DNA from: Octopus bimaculoides
Taxonomy: Eukaryota
DNA: 64,000 nt
Assembly: GCF_001194135.2 (NCBI RefSeq)
Contig: NC_068999.1
Span: 52,171,590 to 52,235,589, forward strand
Reading direction: 5' to 3'
Made by a program: the position numbers and the translations under genes. Positions 24,593 to 38,936 of this stretch are shown here, one piece after another. The notes under the pieces are model-generated. The model saw only the letters and a list, made by a program, of their open reading frames with translations. It did no database searches and was not told the DNA's origin. Numbering within the stretch: the first letter of the stretch is position 1; each line of letters begins with the position of its first letter.

Positions 24593-25747
24593 CATCAGCT
24601 GAGGATAACAAAAGTGCAGGGTGTCTATCAGCCAATGACTAAAACTTTCATTGGCTTTTGATATTCCATGATCAGCCGAATATGATAGTTTTGCTATGTA
24701 CTTCTATTTTAGAGGTTTCTCTATTCATTGGTTGGTAGAAGTTAAATTAACCTGAATTCTTAGATTTATACGGGTCAACCACCAACATGCAGTTGCAACG
24801 TAAAACTACTTCCTTGTTAGGTAAATGAATTTTTTTTTTCCTTTAGTCTGCCAATCCTCTAACTTCAGCAGCACCAATTAGGCCAGCTTCATGTCATAAG
24901 CTAAAATAGACACACTTTGTGTTCTATACAGTGAAGTACTGTTTCTCAGAGTATACAGTGGTAAACAATATTTGGTGAACCCTTCAAAAACCATTCTAAT
25001 TCCGTGGGGGTGGGGAGTGGGATCAGTATATATGCGCACAATATTGGAAATTTATACACTACACAGTAACAAAATTACAGAAAATGTTATAGAGTACGTG
25101 TAACTATGTAAAATTTTAAAATAGGTAAAAATTGTTAATAATTTAACTCATTTGTCGTAAATAAGATTTAGCGTGATCTAGCGGAAGGTAGAGGTGATGT
25201 AATTATACGTCGTTAGAACAATGATGCTCTACTGGACCATGTCATATATTTGTAGATGTTTGAAAGGACTAAGTTAACAGCAGGTGTGTGTTACCAATAT
25301 CATCAGCAATGTTGGGCCAAATTAGTGTGAAGAATGTTCTGTTTCTGTTGTTTACGTTTTTTTTTTTTTGACACTGCTTAGTCTTTAAACATTTAGATTT
25401 TTCTCGCCAAATGTAATGCTTATTTATTCACATTGTTTTGAATTAATTATGCTTAAAGAAGGTTATCAATAAATATTTGTAACTAACTTTTTACATGCAG
25501 ACATGAAATTTTGTCAGCAGATACCAATGATTCACAATTATTTATTTTCCATAAAATTGGTGATGTATATTGTTGTTGTGCTGCTTGACCACATCACCAT
25601 GATATTTCAAACGGCATTCAGAAGTCTTCTTTACTTTCACTATTAAAATACTCCTCTTCACTTAGTGGAAATTCAGAAATGTACGAGTCTTCTGAAAGTA
25701 AGCCATTGTTGTTTGTTTGTTTTTATTATTATTATTATTATACAATT

Positions 25748-25996
25748 TGTAAGTCTTCAAATGTAAATCCTTCCAATTTGGAATTGTCACCTGCTGAAAC
25801 CATATTGGTAAGTTACAAGATGCTGCAAGATAGAGCTGTTTCTGCCTAAATACAGTTGTGAAATTTTCAACAGCATGTGTGTTTTTTTTTTTCTTTCAAC
25901 ATTTCAAGTTGAGATTAATTTTTTCGTAGTTACCAATATGGCTTCAGCAGGTATTTATAATTCTGATTTGGAAGGATTTACACTTGAAGACTTATA
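25748..25996. mobile_element. MITE-like element with about 65-bp diverged inverted arms
   Basis: 25748-25811 vs 25930-25996 are reverse complements with several mismatches and one indel. Confidence 0.7.
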
Positions 25997-26082
25997 AAAT
26001 ATAAAAGAAAAAGAAGAAAATAAGTGACATGTCTTCAAATGAATTAGACAAATGTTTCTGAATACTTTCATTTTATTAACCT

Positions 26083-26265
26083 TTAACCCTTTCTGTTACC
26101 ATATTTCTGTTGAAATCATTAGCTTTATTGCAATTCATTTTAACAGCAATGAAAAATTTAGTAAATAACTGCTGTTATTTAGTTGGTGTTTGGTGCATAA
26201 CACACAATTTTGGTAGAATTTAGATCAGTTCAAAGCCAGAAGTTAGTATTATAGAACAAGGAGCT
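26083..26265. mobile_element. TTAA-type MITE family 2 (TTAACCCTTT..GTTACCATATTTCTGTTGAAAT); copies also at 28491-28690, 36796-36990 and reverse 37130-37300
   Basis: Mutual similarity between copies; TTAA-CCC start. Confidence 0.7.
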
Positions 26266-26376
26266 TTTTTTAATAGTCATTATTTTTTGTTCTCCTGTAG
26301 CATTTTTGCATATTACTTGACTATGTCATTTTGTCCAACATTCTGAGTTTTAACTCACTTTACTCTCTCTTCCCAG

Positions 26377-26466
26377 TTTGTACCTTCTGTGGATGTTCCC
26401 CATACATAGCTGGTCTGAATGCTCGCTACACAGTGGACTCGTCTGTTAATGACACTCGGTAGTCAG
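26377..26466 (+). other. Candidate 5'UTR exon of the plus-strand gene
   Basis: Acceptor tttactctctcttcccag and donor CAG|GTGATG; all three frames hit a stop. Confidence 0.3.
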
Positions 26467-27505
26467 GTGATGGTGTTAAACTGTGCAACAGATTAAGTCA
26501 GCTCTCTAAGTTGAAATCTATAGTATTTGAACTAGAATGCAAGGAGCAGAAATAAATGCCACATGGTATTTTGACCAACACTCCAACAACAATTGAAGGC
26601 TCTAGAGAACAAAATAGTGGCATTAACATGTGCATTACATGCAGAAACTATTGTATTAGAAAGAGAGACAGTAGTGAGTGAGAGTGTGTGGTTATTGAGT
26701 ATTAGTAAGTGAAGGTTTACTGAAGAAGACCATTTTATCATGGGTCTATGTTTGTGCATGCTCTGTCTTTATGTTTATTAGCTGAATTCTAGAGAAGGTG
26801 ATGCCAGAACTTTATAAAGACATGTTTTCAAGCCAGAAGGAGGTAATGCTGAGTTTTGTAGTAAATTCAAGTGTTGTTTAATAGTAATAAGAACACAAGT
26901 AGAACAAGGAAATCTATTAGAGAAAATGAGTTAAATAAATTCAGAACAAAAGGAAAAAAAAGAAAGAGAAGGCAAAAAAAATAGGTCAGTGATTAAGTTC
27001 AACAACTCATCATTGACCTGGATAAATAGCTTTGATTATGATATGGGGCAATGTTAGGGAGTTTTGCTGTGTATTTATTTCAGATAAACACCATTAAGAG
27101 GATTATATAGTATGCATAGATGTTTTGTTTTTTTTGCCAGAAAATATTGTTGGTCATTGAAGAATTTTGCATGTTATACAGTTTTTGACTGCAACTCTAA
27201 AAACATCAAATTTTTGTATTTGATGCCTCGTCTCGTAACGAGAGAGTTTAGGTTATTAATAGTTGTTGAGTTAGAATAATTATTTGAATTTTGTTCAATT
27301 CTTTCCTGAAAGACAGACCACAAGCTCTGTTGTGACTTGTCTTAGAAGAACATTAAGTAAATATTTAGTATTCTTAGTAGAATATTAAATGATATAAACA
27401 AAAATGAAGTGGGTGAAAAACATAAATTTTTTTGACGTTGGGCATTATAGAACTATTGAATTTGATATTATTATCACTTTTCTGAAAACTATTTTTGATT
27501 ATATT

Positions 27506-27721
27506 TTAACCTTTTAGCATTTAAAATGACCACATCCGGCTAAAATATTCTTCCTGTTTTATGTTCAGTCTGTCCAGATCCAGCCTCTCACACCTACCCT
27601 ACGGTATTAGTGCCAAAAAATACAGTTGCATAATCAAAAACACAAGGCTACAAGAGAATGCAGGATAAATTCAAAGCAATGTGAATAAATATGTGTTACA
27701 TGTAATGGAATAAAGGGTTAA
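27506..27721. mobile_element. piggyBac-like TTAA MITE family 1
   Basis: TTAACC(C)TTTAGCATT...AAGGGTTAA ends; body homologous to the 8 other copies listed. Confidence 0.75.
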
Positions 27722-29296
27722 ATAATTAGCAAAAATTAGTTTGAAGCTGGCATTTCCTTTTATGTTATTTGTACTTTCTTATTTGTTGCTTTCTCAAAAG
27801 TTAAGGAACATATCTACTTGATTTCTCTTAACATACTTCAGTGATATTTTTAAATCCTTAAATTGAATTAATTGCTGATAAATTCTTCAGATATGAAGTT
27901 TTGAAATTTAAAATCTAAATTTACAACATTACTAATCTGATAAGACTAGTATTCTGGTGTTTCACTAATACATTTGATAACCTGATGTTTTACTCTTCTT
28001 GTAGAAAATTATTGCTCTTTAAGACCTTAGAAAATGCAATACTAGGAAAAGATTTTTTTTTAGGAATTTGTTTTGTTCTAATTCATTTGTACCCTCAAAT
28101 CTCTCAACACACTCTAGACGTAAGTTCTCTCTATCCCAATAAATTTTTGCCTGGTCTGTGACGTTGACATTTGAACTGATATTAAATTTCACAATTCTGT
28201 ACTAGATGATGTACAGAACAATTTAAACATTGTTGTCTAGACCTTTGAGCTTGACCTGCCCTACTGTAATCCACAAGTGCATTTATTTATTGAGATAAGT
28301 TAGTATATATATTTTTGAATAAAAAAAAAAAATAATTAAACAGTCTAGTTCAAGGATCTGCCTTTGATTTTGTGACATATCTGAGATTAAAATGAAAATA
28401 ATTACAGCACCTCTCACTTGGAAAGTTTGAAAAAACAAAAATTGTTAAAAATTTGAGTAAAAAAATATTGAAGACTGTTACTTTGTTTTATTAACCTTTG
28501 ACCCTTTTGTTACGATATTTCTGTTGAAATCATTAACCTCATTCCAATTCATTTTGAAGAATTCAGTAAATAACTCCCATTATTAAGCAGGTGTTTGGAG
28601 TATAACACAAAATTTTGTTAGAATTTAGATCAGTTTAAAGCTGGAGGTGAGTATTATCGAACCAGGAGCTGTGTTAGGCCAGTTGTGTATCACAAAATTA
28701 TGAATAACACATTTTATGAATTACTCGAGCATTTATATGGATTTTTCTAAAGCTGTAAATTGTTTTTAGAAATCTGCAATGCACCTAACTAAAGATCTGT
28801 GGCACACCAAGACACCCCTCGTGACACACTGTTTGAGAATTACAGGTTTGGTTGAAGGCAACTGAAAGAAGCACATCATGTGTGTGTGTGTGTGTGTGTG
28901 TGCCTATATGCCCCCTTCTTGACTTTGCATGCTATTTGCAAACAGGTCACCATCATACAAGAGACATCAAGACATCATTTGTTTGTAATCTCCTTTGAAA
29001 ATATGTCTGGCCATTTGTGCTGTTCACATGCAAAGAAATAAGGGAGATATTACCTTGTTTAAAAACAAGTCAGGGTTGGTGACAGGAAGAGTATCCAGCT
29101 ACAGAACATTTGCCGTGACAAATTTTGTCTGACTTGTGCAGACATGCGGCTAAACAAGAGCACATTCTGTACACTTATACCAATCTTTCACCAGGATCAT
29201 CTCGGTGCAAGTATGATACATGTACTTGTAACACCATATCATCTGGACTCAGTGCCTTCAGTTGATTTCCTGGTTTGGTACTTATCTCTTGTAGAT

Positions 29297-29323
29297 ATGG
29301 AAGTACATGAAGTTAGCACATTT
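29297..29323 (+). CDS. Candidate start-codon exon (MEVHEVSTF; exon 29295-29323)
   Basis: Acceptor ttatctcttgtag and donor GTAAGA; phase 0 joins in frame to exon 34254. Confidence 0.45.
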
Positions 29324-30751
29324 GTAAGATGACAGTGAAAACATTTGTAAGCATATCCATTGGATCTGTGGCATGATGTCTTTATTTTACCATCCAATGT
29401 TATTTCTTGCTTAGTTTGAAAGCAGTAATAGGTAACAACAAAATAAGTCTTGACTTAAATTAATGGTTAACTATTTAATTTTAAAAGAGAATTTTTTTAA
29501 ATATAGATGTATAGAGAAGGAGAAATGAGGTTATTTGAACTCTGTGCCTTTCTCATGAGCATTAATAATTGATTAGCATGAAGTTAAATTGCTACAATTT
29601 CAATCAGCTGCTTTCAGCTCACTAAGAATTTACTTTCACTCTACAGTGCTTTGAGATAAAGTAAATATTGATTTCTAACCATGGTACAGGCAGTTGATTT
29701 ATAAGGTGCAAGAGAGAGAGAGAGGGAGATGAGATCATGATGCACTACTAATGCCCTTGGAAAATGTGCATGAAATGGTTAAACAGTAATCTAAACTGGT
29801 TCACAGCTACTGCTTTTTTATTGAATTCTAGTTTTGAACTTTCTGATTGTAAGCATTAGTCCTTGCAGATGAGACAAATCTTTTGCTAGTAGCTCTGAAC
29901 CCTAGGTCTGTTGCAAATCACCATACTTTACAGAGCTGATCTCTATTCCTAGTTGCAGTGAATGAAAGAAGGCTCCTTGGGATAGGACATTGTTTTCTTG
30001 TAGGAAGATTATCTGTGGTTGGAATTCACTCAAAACCACAAATGAAATTGTTACTGTCACTGTTTAAACTGATCTAGAATTCCCTGAAATATCTTGCTAG
30101 ATGTAAGTAGTTTCCAGCATTGGGAGTTAAGTTTCTGGGCTGTGCATATACTGTAGTGTCAGTAGCAAGATCTGAGCTGTCATCCTCTCTATCTGAGACT
30201 ATATTCATTTGGTTATCCTTTACGGTCAGGAAGTGTACATGCAGGGCCCAGTTTGTACATTTGTCACATTGGTCTGCTGGTAATGATGATCATCATTTAG
30301 CATCTGCTTTCCATGCTGGCATGGGTTAAATGGTTTGACTGGAACTTGTAAGCTGGAGAGCTGCACCAAGTTCCAGTTTGATTTGGCATGGTTTCTACAG
30401 CTGGATGCCCCTCCTAATGCCAACCACTCCAAGAGTGTAATGGGTCCTCTTTACTTTCCTCTGGCAAGGGTGCCAGCTACGTGACACCAACATCAACCAC
30501 AACTACAATTTCACTTGGCTTGATGAGTCTCCTCAAGCACAGCATTTTACTAGAGATCTTGGTCACTTGTCATTGCCTGATACACCTTATGAAGAGTTCT
30601 TTTGCTTGTTCCTTTTTACAGAGTAGCATGAAAATAGATAAAAAAAATTTTTTACTAGACACAAAGCTATTTTTTATTATGTCAGGATGATGGATTATCT
30701 AGTTGGTTTGAGTTTATTATGCTGTTGGTACATATAATATCCACTTTTAGA

Positions 30752-30972
30752 TTAACCCTTTAAGCATTCAGATCAGCCCTATGCATCCTCAATACTCTAC
30801 TTGCTTTTTGTTCAGGTTCAGCCTCTCACACCTACTCTACATTGTCATTCTAAAAATAAACAATCATATCATTGGAATCTCAAAACTATGAGTAATTCAA
30901 AGAAATGTGAACACAAGCATTATATTTAACAGAGTAATTTGAGTGCTAAATCATTAGAACATAAAGAGCTAA
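30752..30972. mobile_element. TTAA MITE family 1, rearranged copy
   Basis: TTAACCCTTTAAGCATTCAG start and CCTCTCACACCTAC body. Confidence 0.7.
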
Positions 30973-32367
30973 ATGAAATAGTACTAAGTTCAAATCCCAC
31001 CAAAGCCAACATTGTCTTTTACCCCTTTGGGGGTTGGGTTGGGGCAATAATAAAATAACACTCAAGTACTGGGTTCAATGGTATAGGCTAACACACCTCC
31101 CACCCTCAAGATTGCTGGCCTTGTCAATAAGTCAGAACCAGTTAATATATCTGACACCTTGCCAAAAAAGGGCTGAAATTTGGAATCTGTTCTTGCCACA
31201 TTCCTGGTAATAACATTTGCACTACCCTTCTTTAAATATAGTTCTTGAAAAACAAAATGTAAAAAAAAGTTTGGATTTTTTTTTCTTTGCTAAGATATGG
31301 TAAACACGGCAAGTTAAATGTGTCAACCTGCTTAACAAGTCAATGCCTCAAGTTTTCATTGTCATCATTTTTTTGTTTTTCTTTTCTTTTTTATGAACTA
31401 ATTCTCTTTGATTGACCTTTACAATTCAAGTCACTGTCTACCAGTCTCTCACACGTTACATTCTCTCCTGGAGTTTGCATCATTCATGCTCACTACTTGT
31501 CCATACCACTTTAGTCTCGTCCTGCTTAAATGAATGGTTTGTGCTGAAAGTGGAGAATAGGAAAGCTATCATTTCATAAACAGTTTCATTATTATGTAGG
31601 AGTTAAAGTGCATGCTGTTAAGTGCTTTTATGTGTGTGTGTGTGGAGAGAGAGAGTTTGGGTTGCATTTTATTCTAATTGCATTAACAATACAGATAAAG
31701 TAGGGTACAGTTAATGTCAACAAGGGATTGGGATTGTCAACTTTTTTGTTTTTGTTTAGGGATATCAGGTGATTGGGGATAACATCAGCAAATAACATTA
31801 TGATATTTTCAATAATCAAGAAAAAAAAAAATTCTGCTAAGTTATGCATTTTTACGTAGGAAATATCGCTTTCAATGCTTCTGGGAGCATTGTTTCTATT
31901 TAAATATTTATAGCCTTGTGCAAATTCGAGAAATTAATATATTAAAGATCAGGTTGACTGGCTCTTCAAGCTTCACCTGGCCTTGCTCAACTCGTTATTA
32001 TTAAAAGTGTTTTCAAATGATATTATTTTAATATGGAAATTAATATTAAAATTTTGATGTATTTGGAATTTAATCTTCTTTAATGCTGCATGGGGTGGAG
32101 TCTACCATTCACCTTTAACCATGGGCAACTTGTAGCAAAATGGATTTGACCTTACTTCTGCTCCATCACACTACTAGAAGTCAGTGCCATAGTAATACTA
32201 AGGCCATACTACTACTACTACTACTACTGTTGCTTCTTTAATACAGTTAAACCAGGACTATGTATGTTCTGTTCATTTCCTCGAAGTGAAGAGAAACTGT
32301 AGCCAAATATTCCATCTAGTGGTGGTAGGGTTTACTGCTTTGGAATTCTGCTGACTTGGCTGTAGAG

Positions 32368-32643
32368 CAGGGGTTCTCAACCATTTTTTTTTTTATCTAT
32401 GGACCCCTTTGATTACTATTTTATTTTGGTGGACCCCCATAGCCATTTGATGTTTAAAAACTAGTTTTATAGAGACTGCTTTCAAAATTCCTATTTTGTT
32501 TCTCACTTGTGTTGGTTTGAACTCTGTAAAATGTTAGAGAAAGGAATCCAGCTGTTTCTTGCAATACATATCAAACTAAAGTAAACTTTTTTTCAGGGAC
32601 TTTTAAAATATTGTGGCTCCTCAATTTACTATTTTGTTTGCAT
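32368..32643. mobile_element. hAT-Charlie-like MITE truncated by a gap
   Basis: CTGTAGAG|CAGGGGTTCTCAACC; body matches 17553-17867. Confidence 0.8.
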
Positions 32644-33469
32644 NNNNNNNNNNNNNNNNNNNNNNNNNNNNNNNNNNNNNNNNNNNNNNNNNNNNNNNNN
32701 NNNNNNNNNNNNNNNNNNNNNNNNNNNNNNNNNNNNNNNNNNNNNNNNNNNNNNNNNNNNNNNNNNNNNNNNNNNNNNNNNNNNNNNNNNNNNNNNNNNN
32801 NNNNNNNNNNNNNNNNNNNNNNNNNNNNNNNNNNNNNNNNNNNNNNNNNNNNNNNNNNNNNNNNNNNNNNNNNNNNNNNNNNNNNNNNNNNNNNNNNNNN
32901 NNNNNNNNNNNNNNNNNNNNNNNNNNNNNNNNNNNNNNNNNNNNNNNNNNNNNNNNNNNNNNNNNNNNNNNNNNNNNNNNNNNNNNNNNNNNNNNNNNNN
33001 NNNNNNNNNNNNNNNNNNNNNNNNNNNNNNNNNNNNNNNNNNNNNNNNNNNNNNNNNNNNNNNNNNNNNNNNNNNNNNNNNNNNNNNNNNNNNNNNNNNN
33101 NNNNNNNNNNNNNNNNNNNNNNNNNNNNNNNNNNNNNNNNNNNNNNNNNNNNNNNNNNNNNNNNNNNNNNNNNNNNNNNNNNNNNNNNNNNNAAGGCGAG
33201 TGTTTTTTACTCTTCTCTATTGTTTTTTGTTCTGTGTGTATCAAAAATATCGCTATCAATCTGGAGTAATAATTTGTAGTTTTGAAATCAGTAGTTCTTT
33301 GACTGCTATTTCTGAATTCTCAGTATGTTGGAGAAGCAGGTTACTGTCAATCCCTATATATTTATGATTATAAATTTTACCGAAAAAGGTTTTTTTCATA
33401 CTGAGCTACCCGGCAGAATCGTTAATTATTAATTTTATTACTAATTGATGATTCCCTGCCCTGCATATC

Positions 33470-33513
<44 letters not shown>

Positions 33514-33943
33514 GTGACTGCAAATGTACCGCCTGCACTGACTGTAATCCTTATACTTGCATCATCTGTAGGCTTCTTTGCAAATCATTGGCAGGACTCA
33601 AATGTCACCTTTAACTGTCAGAAAGTGTAGGCTGCTGGATCCTCATACGTCAAAACCAACAAGAGTCCATTATATCTTCGAAACGTCTAGTTAGAATAGA
33701 GGCAGCTGATGAATAATTCCAAGTGGCTTTCTGTTTTCCTATGTGTTTGTTCCATTGTCTGTAGTTCATTGTTNNNNNNNNNNCTATGTGTTTGTTCCAT
33801 TGTCTGTAGTTCATTGTTCTAACGTCCTGTACCCTGATATGCATCTATATACACATGTAGATGTAAGTATATACATATATGTGTGTAAACATGCATATAT
33901 ATTTGTTGTATTATATATATATATATATATTGGTAAAAAATTA

Positions 33944-34100
33944 AGGAGTGGCTGTGTGGTAAGTAACTTGCTTACCAACCACATGGTTCCAGGTTCAGTC
34001 CCACTGCGTGGTACATTGGGCAAGTGTCTTCTACTATAGCCTCGGGCCGACCAAAGCCTGTGAGTTGATTTGGTAGATGGAAACCGAAAGAAGCCCGTCG
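33944..34100 (+). mobile_element. SINE family B head, well preserved
   Basis: GGAGTGGCTGTGTGGTAAG...GGTTCAGTCCCACTGCGTGG...CCTCGGGCCGACC. Confidence 0.88.
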
Positions 34101-34253
34101 TATATTTATATAGGTGTGTGTGTGTAACTTACCTGTTATTCCTTCACCTGTCTTTGTCTATTTTTGTCTGTAAATTTGAATTTTATATATATACACACAC
34201 ACACACACATATATATATGATTGTATCATATATTTTTTTTGTTTATTTTTCAG

Positions 34254-34550
34254 AGCTGCCTCACAATGCTAAGAGATAAACGCTATGCGACTAGAAGTAT
34301 CCAGTCTGAAATGCCTGGGACGTCATCGGATAATGTCAACTGCACCTCCCTGGATTCGGGCCAGGCAGAAGCAACCAGCCAACTACCTCCGTCACAGTTT
34401 TTAACACATAATATAATTGGGAATTCTCTTGGCAATGAGCAGTTTAAGGAGCTGTCAAATGCAAACAAGTCACCATCAGATGTATTATTCAACGACGAGA
34501 ACAATGGACGACACAACATACAGATGAGGAAATTTGACTGCTATAATCAT
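34254..34550 (+). CDS. Coding exon of uncharacterised large protein (SCLTMLRDKRY...FDCYNH)
   Basis: Acceptor ttttttttgtttatttttcag, donor GTAAGT, 297 nt open, phase 0-0, in frame with exon 41856. First internal ATG at 34266. Confidence 0.82.
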
Positions 34551-34849
34551 GTAAGTTCATTGTTATTGTTTTTAAAGGTATTGGAAAGGCTGAAATGGCA
34601 ATGGTATCAAATTATGGCTTTCATCTTTTATTTGTTTCATTCATTCGACTGTGACTATGCTGAGGTGTTCGAACAAATTGGCCTCAGTGCTTATTTTTAA
34701 GTTTTGTACTTATTGTATCAGTTTCTTTTACCAAACTTTTAAGTTACAGAGACATATACAAAAAAACCAACATCAGTTGTCAAGTGGTAGAGGCAAACAC
34801 AAATGCAAAGAATACACATTTATACACAATGGGCTTCCTTACAGTTTCT

Positions 34850-35080
34850 TATTTCTTTACTGCCCACAAGGGGCTACACACAGAGGGGACAAACAAGGAC
34901 AGACAAATGGATTAAGTCGATTACATCGACCCCAGTGCGTAATTGGTACTTATTTAATCTACCCCGAAAGGATGAAAGGCAAAGTCGACCTCGGTGGAAT
35001 TTGAACTCAGAATGTAACGGCAGACGAAATACTGCTAAGCATTTCAACCGGCGTGCTAACGTTTCTGCCAGCTCACCGCC
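34850..35080 (-). mobile_element. SINE family A with TSD, nested in a family B copy
   Basis: TSD TTACAGTTTCT at 34839-34849 and 35081-35091. Confidence 0.9.
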
Positions 35081-35269
35081 TTACAGTTTCTGTATACCAA
35101 ATTCTGTCACTGGGCATTAGTCAGTCTGGAGCTATAGAAGTCTAAGGTGCCAAGCAGTGAGACTGAATCCAAAACTATGTGGATAGAAAGCAAGCTTCTT
35201 AACCACAACTGCCATGCTGGGGCACCACTGTGAGGAATTTTAGTCTGGTACTTATTCTATCAGTCCCTC

Positions 35270-35515
35270 TTGCTGAACTACTAAGGTACAGGGACGTAAA
35301 CTAACCAACATTAGTTGCGAAGCAGTGGTGGGGGACACACCCATATACACACACACACATACGATGGGCTTCTTTCTGTTTCCACCTATCGAATCCACTC
35401 ACAAGGCTTAGGTCAACCTGAGGCTATAGTAGAAAACACTTGCCCAAGGTGCCATGCAGTGGGACTGAGCCCAGAACAACGTGGTTGGAAAACAAGCTTC
35501 TTACCATACAGCAAG
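35270..35515 (-). mobile_element. SINE family B copy
   Basis: Tail plus head in reverse orientation. Confidence 0.8.
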
Positions 35516-35866
35516 GTAAGGTAAGGGTTGACAACAGGAAGGGCATTCATCAACAGAAAAATTCCCCCCCCCCCAAATTCTGTCTGACCCATACCAGCAT
35601 GGAAAAGTAGTGTTGAAATGATAATGATTTCTGTTTGTGACTAATGCTCATAAGAAAGAAATGAATTTTATAATTAGCATTTCTGCTCTGTCATTGTCCT
35701 TTTTACATCCACTTTCTCTCTGTGTCTTAGGTTGGGAAAGTATTTTTGAGATCGTGTTCTGCAGTTGGATGCTATTCCTATTGACAGTCCTTATTTGTTT
35801 TACAAGTAAGGTGTTTTTTTATTCCCTGGTCGCCACATCAATGTCCCTTAAATTGTGTCATACAAA

Positions 35867-36170
35867 AGGCATGGCTGTGTGGTAAGAAGTTGACTTCCCA
35901 AGCACATGGTTCTGGGTTCAGTCTTACTGTGTGGAACCTTGGGCTATTGTTTTCGAAAACTTTGTGAGTGGATTTGAGAGACAGAAACTGAAAGAAGCCC
36001 ATTGTATATATATATGTGTGTCTTTGTATCTGTGTTTGTCCCCACCACTGCTTGACAGCTGGTCTTGGTTTGTTTATGTCCCCATGACTTAGCAGTTTGG
36101 TAAAAAAAGACTAATAGAGCAAGTATCAGGCTTAAAAAAATTTCCTGGGGTTAATTCATTTGATTAAAAA
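35867..36170 (+). mobile_element. SINE family B copy
   Basis: GGCATGGCTGTGTGGTAAGAAG head and tail. Confidence 0.8.
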
Positions 36171-37306
36171 GTCAGGGCAATTCTCCTGCATAGCTCCAGT
36201 CTAGTGAATGATACAAATGAAAGATAATTGTTGCAAACTCTCTCTCTCTCTACTTTTGCCTACCAATTTCACTGACCAGACTTTGGTCAGTCCAAGGACA
36301 CTTGGCCTAAGTGACAACAGTACCCATGCGGTGGATTCAATGTTTACAACACAGCCATGTTTGTGTCTTCTTTATACCAAGGTTAATAAACATACATATG
36401 ATGGATGTTCAGTGGTTATAAAAGGAAAATTTATCAATTCAACTCCCTCCCACATCCTTTTCCTTTGTTAGTGTTTCTGCATTCATTACCACATTTTCCC
36501 CACTTTCTACAGTTTAGTTCAACTGTGCAGATTTATGTGGCTATATATAGCCATGTATGTAACTGACACTTCAAAGTATTTAAGCTATGGTCCTAATATT
36601 CCTGTCTATTAGCAACAGAAAACCAGTCCAGGATATAGTTTTTCTCAAAATTTGATATGTGCAATAATGGGAAGGATGATGATCTGTCCTTCAGCAAAGA
36701 GTTAGCATGTCCAGCTGCATAGAACAGTGTCAGTCAATGAGAAAACCGCTATGTGGTTGTTCGACTTGCTAGAAATAGTAACCATATTTCCCTTAAAGCT
36801 TTTGTTACCATATTTCTATTGAAATACACTACTTTTGTTTCAATTAATTTTGAATAATTTAGTTGAGCAATTTTATCATTATCAAGCTGGTATTTGGATC
36901 ATAAATTGACATGATATTTTGTGAAAGGTTTTAATTTGGATCAGTTTAAACAAGAAGTGTGTATCTTAGGATCAGGGCAGTTTCAGGCTACTATCTTGAA
37001 AAGAGGTCACATTACATAATGAAACAAGAATGAGATTATATCTATTCAATGACAAACAGCCAGGATTGAACATTGGAGGGCGGGTAGTATTTTAATCATG
37101 AGACAAGAAACCCAAATCCTTAATCTTTTTGATGCCAAACTTCTTGAGATTGTTCTTGTTCATTTTTTAAAGTGAACAAAATATAATATTTATGTTCCAA
37201 ACACCTGCTTAATAATGATAGTCATTTTACTATGTTTTTCACTGTATTTAAAATCAATGGAAGCTGTGAATTCCATCTGAAATATGGTAGCAAATGGAAT
37301 AAACAG

Positions 37307-37529
37307 TTGGTTGTAAATGTACCCTTAACGTAGTTCTCGGGGATATTCAGCGTGACACAGTGTGACAAGGCTGACCCTTTGAATTACAGGCACAACAGAA
37401 ACAGGAAGTAAGAGTGAGAGAAAGTTGTGGTGAAAGAGTACAGCAGGGTTCGCCACCATCCCCTGCCGGAGCCTTGTGGGAATCGAAACCGCGAGTCCGC
37501 TGCCCTAACCACTGGGCCATTGTGCCTCC
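37307..37529 (-). mobile_element. SINE family C copy
   Basis: Near-identical to part of 52579-52952. Confidence 0.85.
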
Positions 37530-38717
37530 TGAGCGACTACACAGAGGTACTTTTGACACTTGTGACAAAAGGTTCATGCATTGGTTTTTAACATTTTCAT
37601 GTTTTAAGTAGGTGTTTCTCAAATTATATCTTATTACCTACATTCCTCATTAATTGTCCAAACAATTTGTAGCCTTCAAGAAGCATACTGCTTATAGTTG
37701 TCAGAGCATGGTAGTAGGAACATAGTCGAACTGTTGCAATTGCTTAATATTTAGAGGGAGGGATATGTCAAGGCAAGGAAGCAATGAGATTTGTTTGTCC
37801 CAACTGATATACTGAAAATTTGTCAAAAACATTTCTCTGGAATGACATTTCAGTGAATTTACAAATAACCAAAAATCATGATAAAAATAGTCCTTGGAAG
37901 TTTTTTGTCTTTTCCTTTAATATGTATTTAGTTTTGCTTCGTACTTTTTCCTTTCCTCTGCCTCATGTCTTTTTTTTTTTCTCAAGAAACATTGTTTAAG
38001 ACCTTTATTTATCCCTACCCACCACTACCACACAATGCAAATTCTTTTGTATTTCAGATAAGGGGTAAACGGAGCATTAGTAAAATTCACAAAACTTTTG
38101 ACAATCTTACTATTTTGACCTAGAAAATTCTGGGCTCTGAATACTAGCATACATATCCAGTTATATTTACATGTGTGTATACATTCCCATTTAAACCCAC
38201 ACACATACATGTGTTTAACCTATGTAATAGTGCTATAATTTGACCTTTGAAGATCAGAGGTATCTATTAAGTGACAAGCTGTATTGATTTCCAGGAATCC
38301 GAGCACTAGAAGTTGTGGCAGTTATGCTTTTCTTACAGCCAATTGTAGGGAGAAAATGAAAAAATAAACACAGCTAGAAATTGGGTCAACTAAGTCATTT
38401 TATTGGAAAATAATTGGAAACTTGACAACATTGCTGGTATCTCCAAAAACATGATGGCATCTTTTGTGTGTCCATTGTTTGCACTGAGTGCAAAACGAGT
38501 TCCTACCTACTCCTTTCTTAAGCCATTTCTCAGATGACACTTGGACTGACTGCTATAAGTCTTTGGACTCTCTGATACCCCAGTACTGGGTATTATGTTC
38601 CCTCTACACCCTGCTCTCCTGCACACAGGTGGTAGCAATCACTCTAATTTGTGTGTTATCCCTTTATTGTTGGTGATGTTTGTTTACACACACACACACA
38701 TTATTATTATTATTCCA

Positions 38718-38936
38718 AAGGTGGTAAGCTGGCAGAATCATTAGCACACCGGGCAAAATGCTTAGTGGCATTTTGTCTGTCTTCATGTTCTGAGTTCAAA
38801 TTCTGCTGAGGTCAGCTTTGCATTTCATCCTTTTGGGGTCTATAAAAAGAAGTGCTAGTTGAGTACTGGGGTCAGTGTAATCAATTTATCCCTCACCTCC
38901 CCCCAGATTTGCTGGCCTTGTGCCTTTGAGTAGAAT
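38718..38936 (+). mobile_element. SINE family A copy with CpG decay
   Basis: Family A consensus with CG changed to TG/CA at most sites. Confidence 0.85.

Noticed and set aside
33739-33818. 35-bp direct repeat flanking a 10-N gap
   Set aside because: Typical unmerged contig overlap, not a biological duplication.
34651-35120. ORFs of 105-117 aa over SINE copies (similarly 23269-23580, 24350-24661, 37347-37622)
   Set aside because: They lie within multicopy non-coding SINE sequence whose higher GC content reduces stop frequency.
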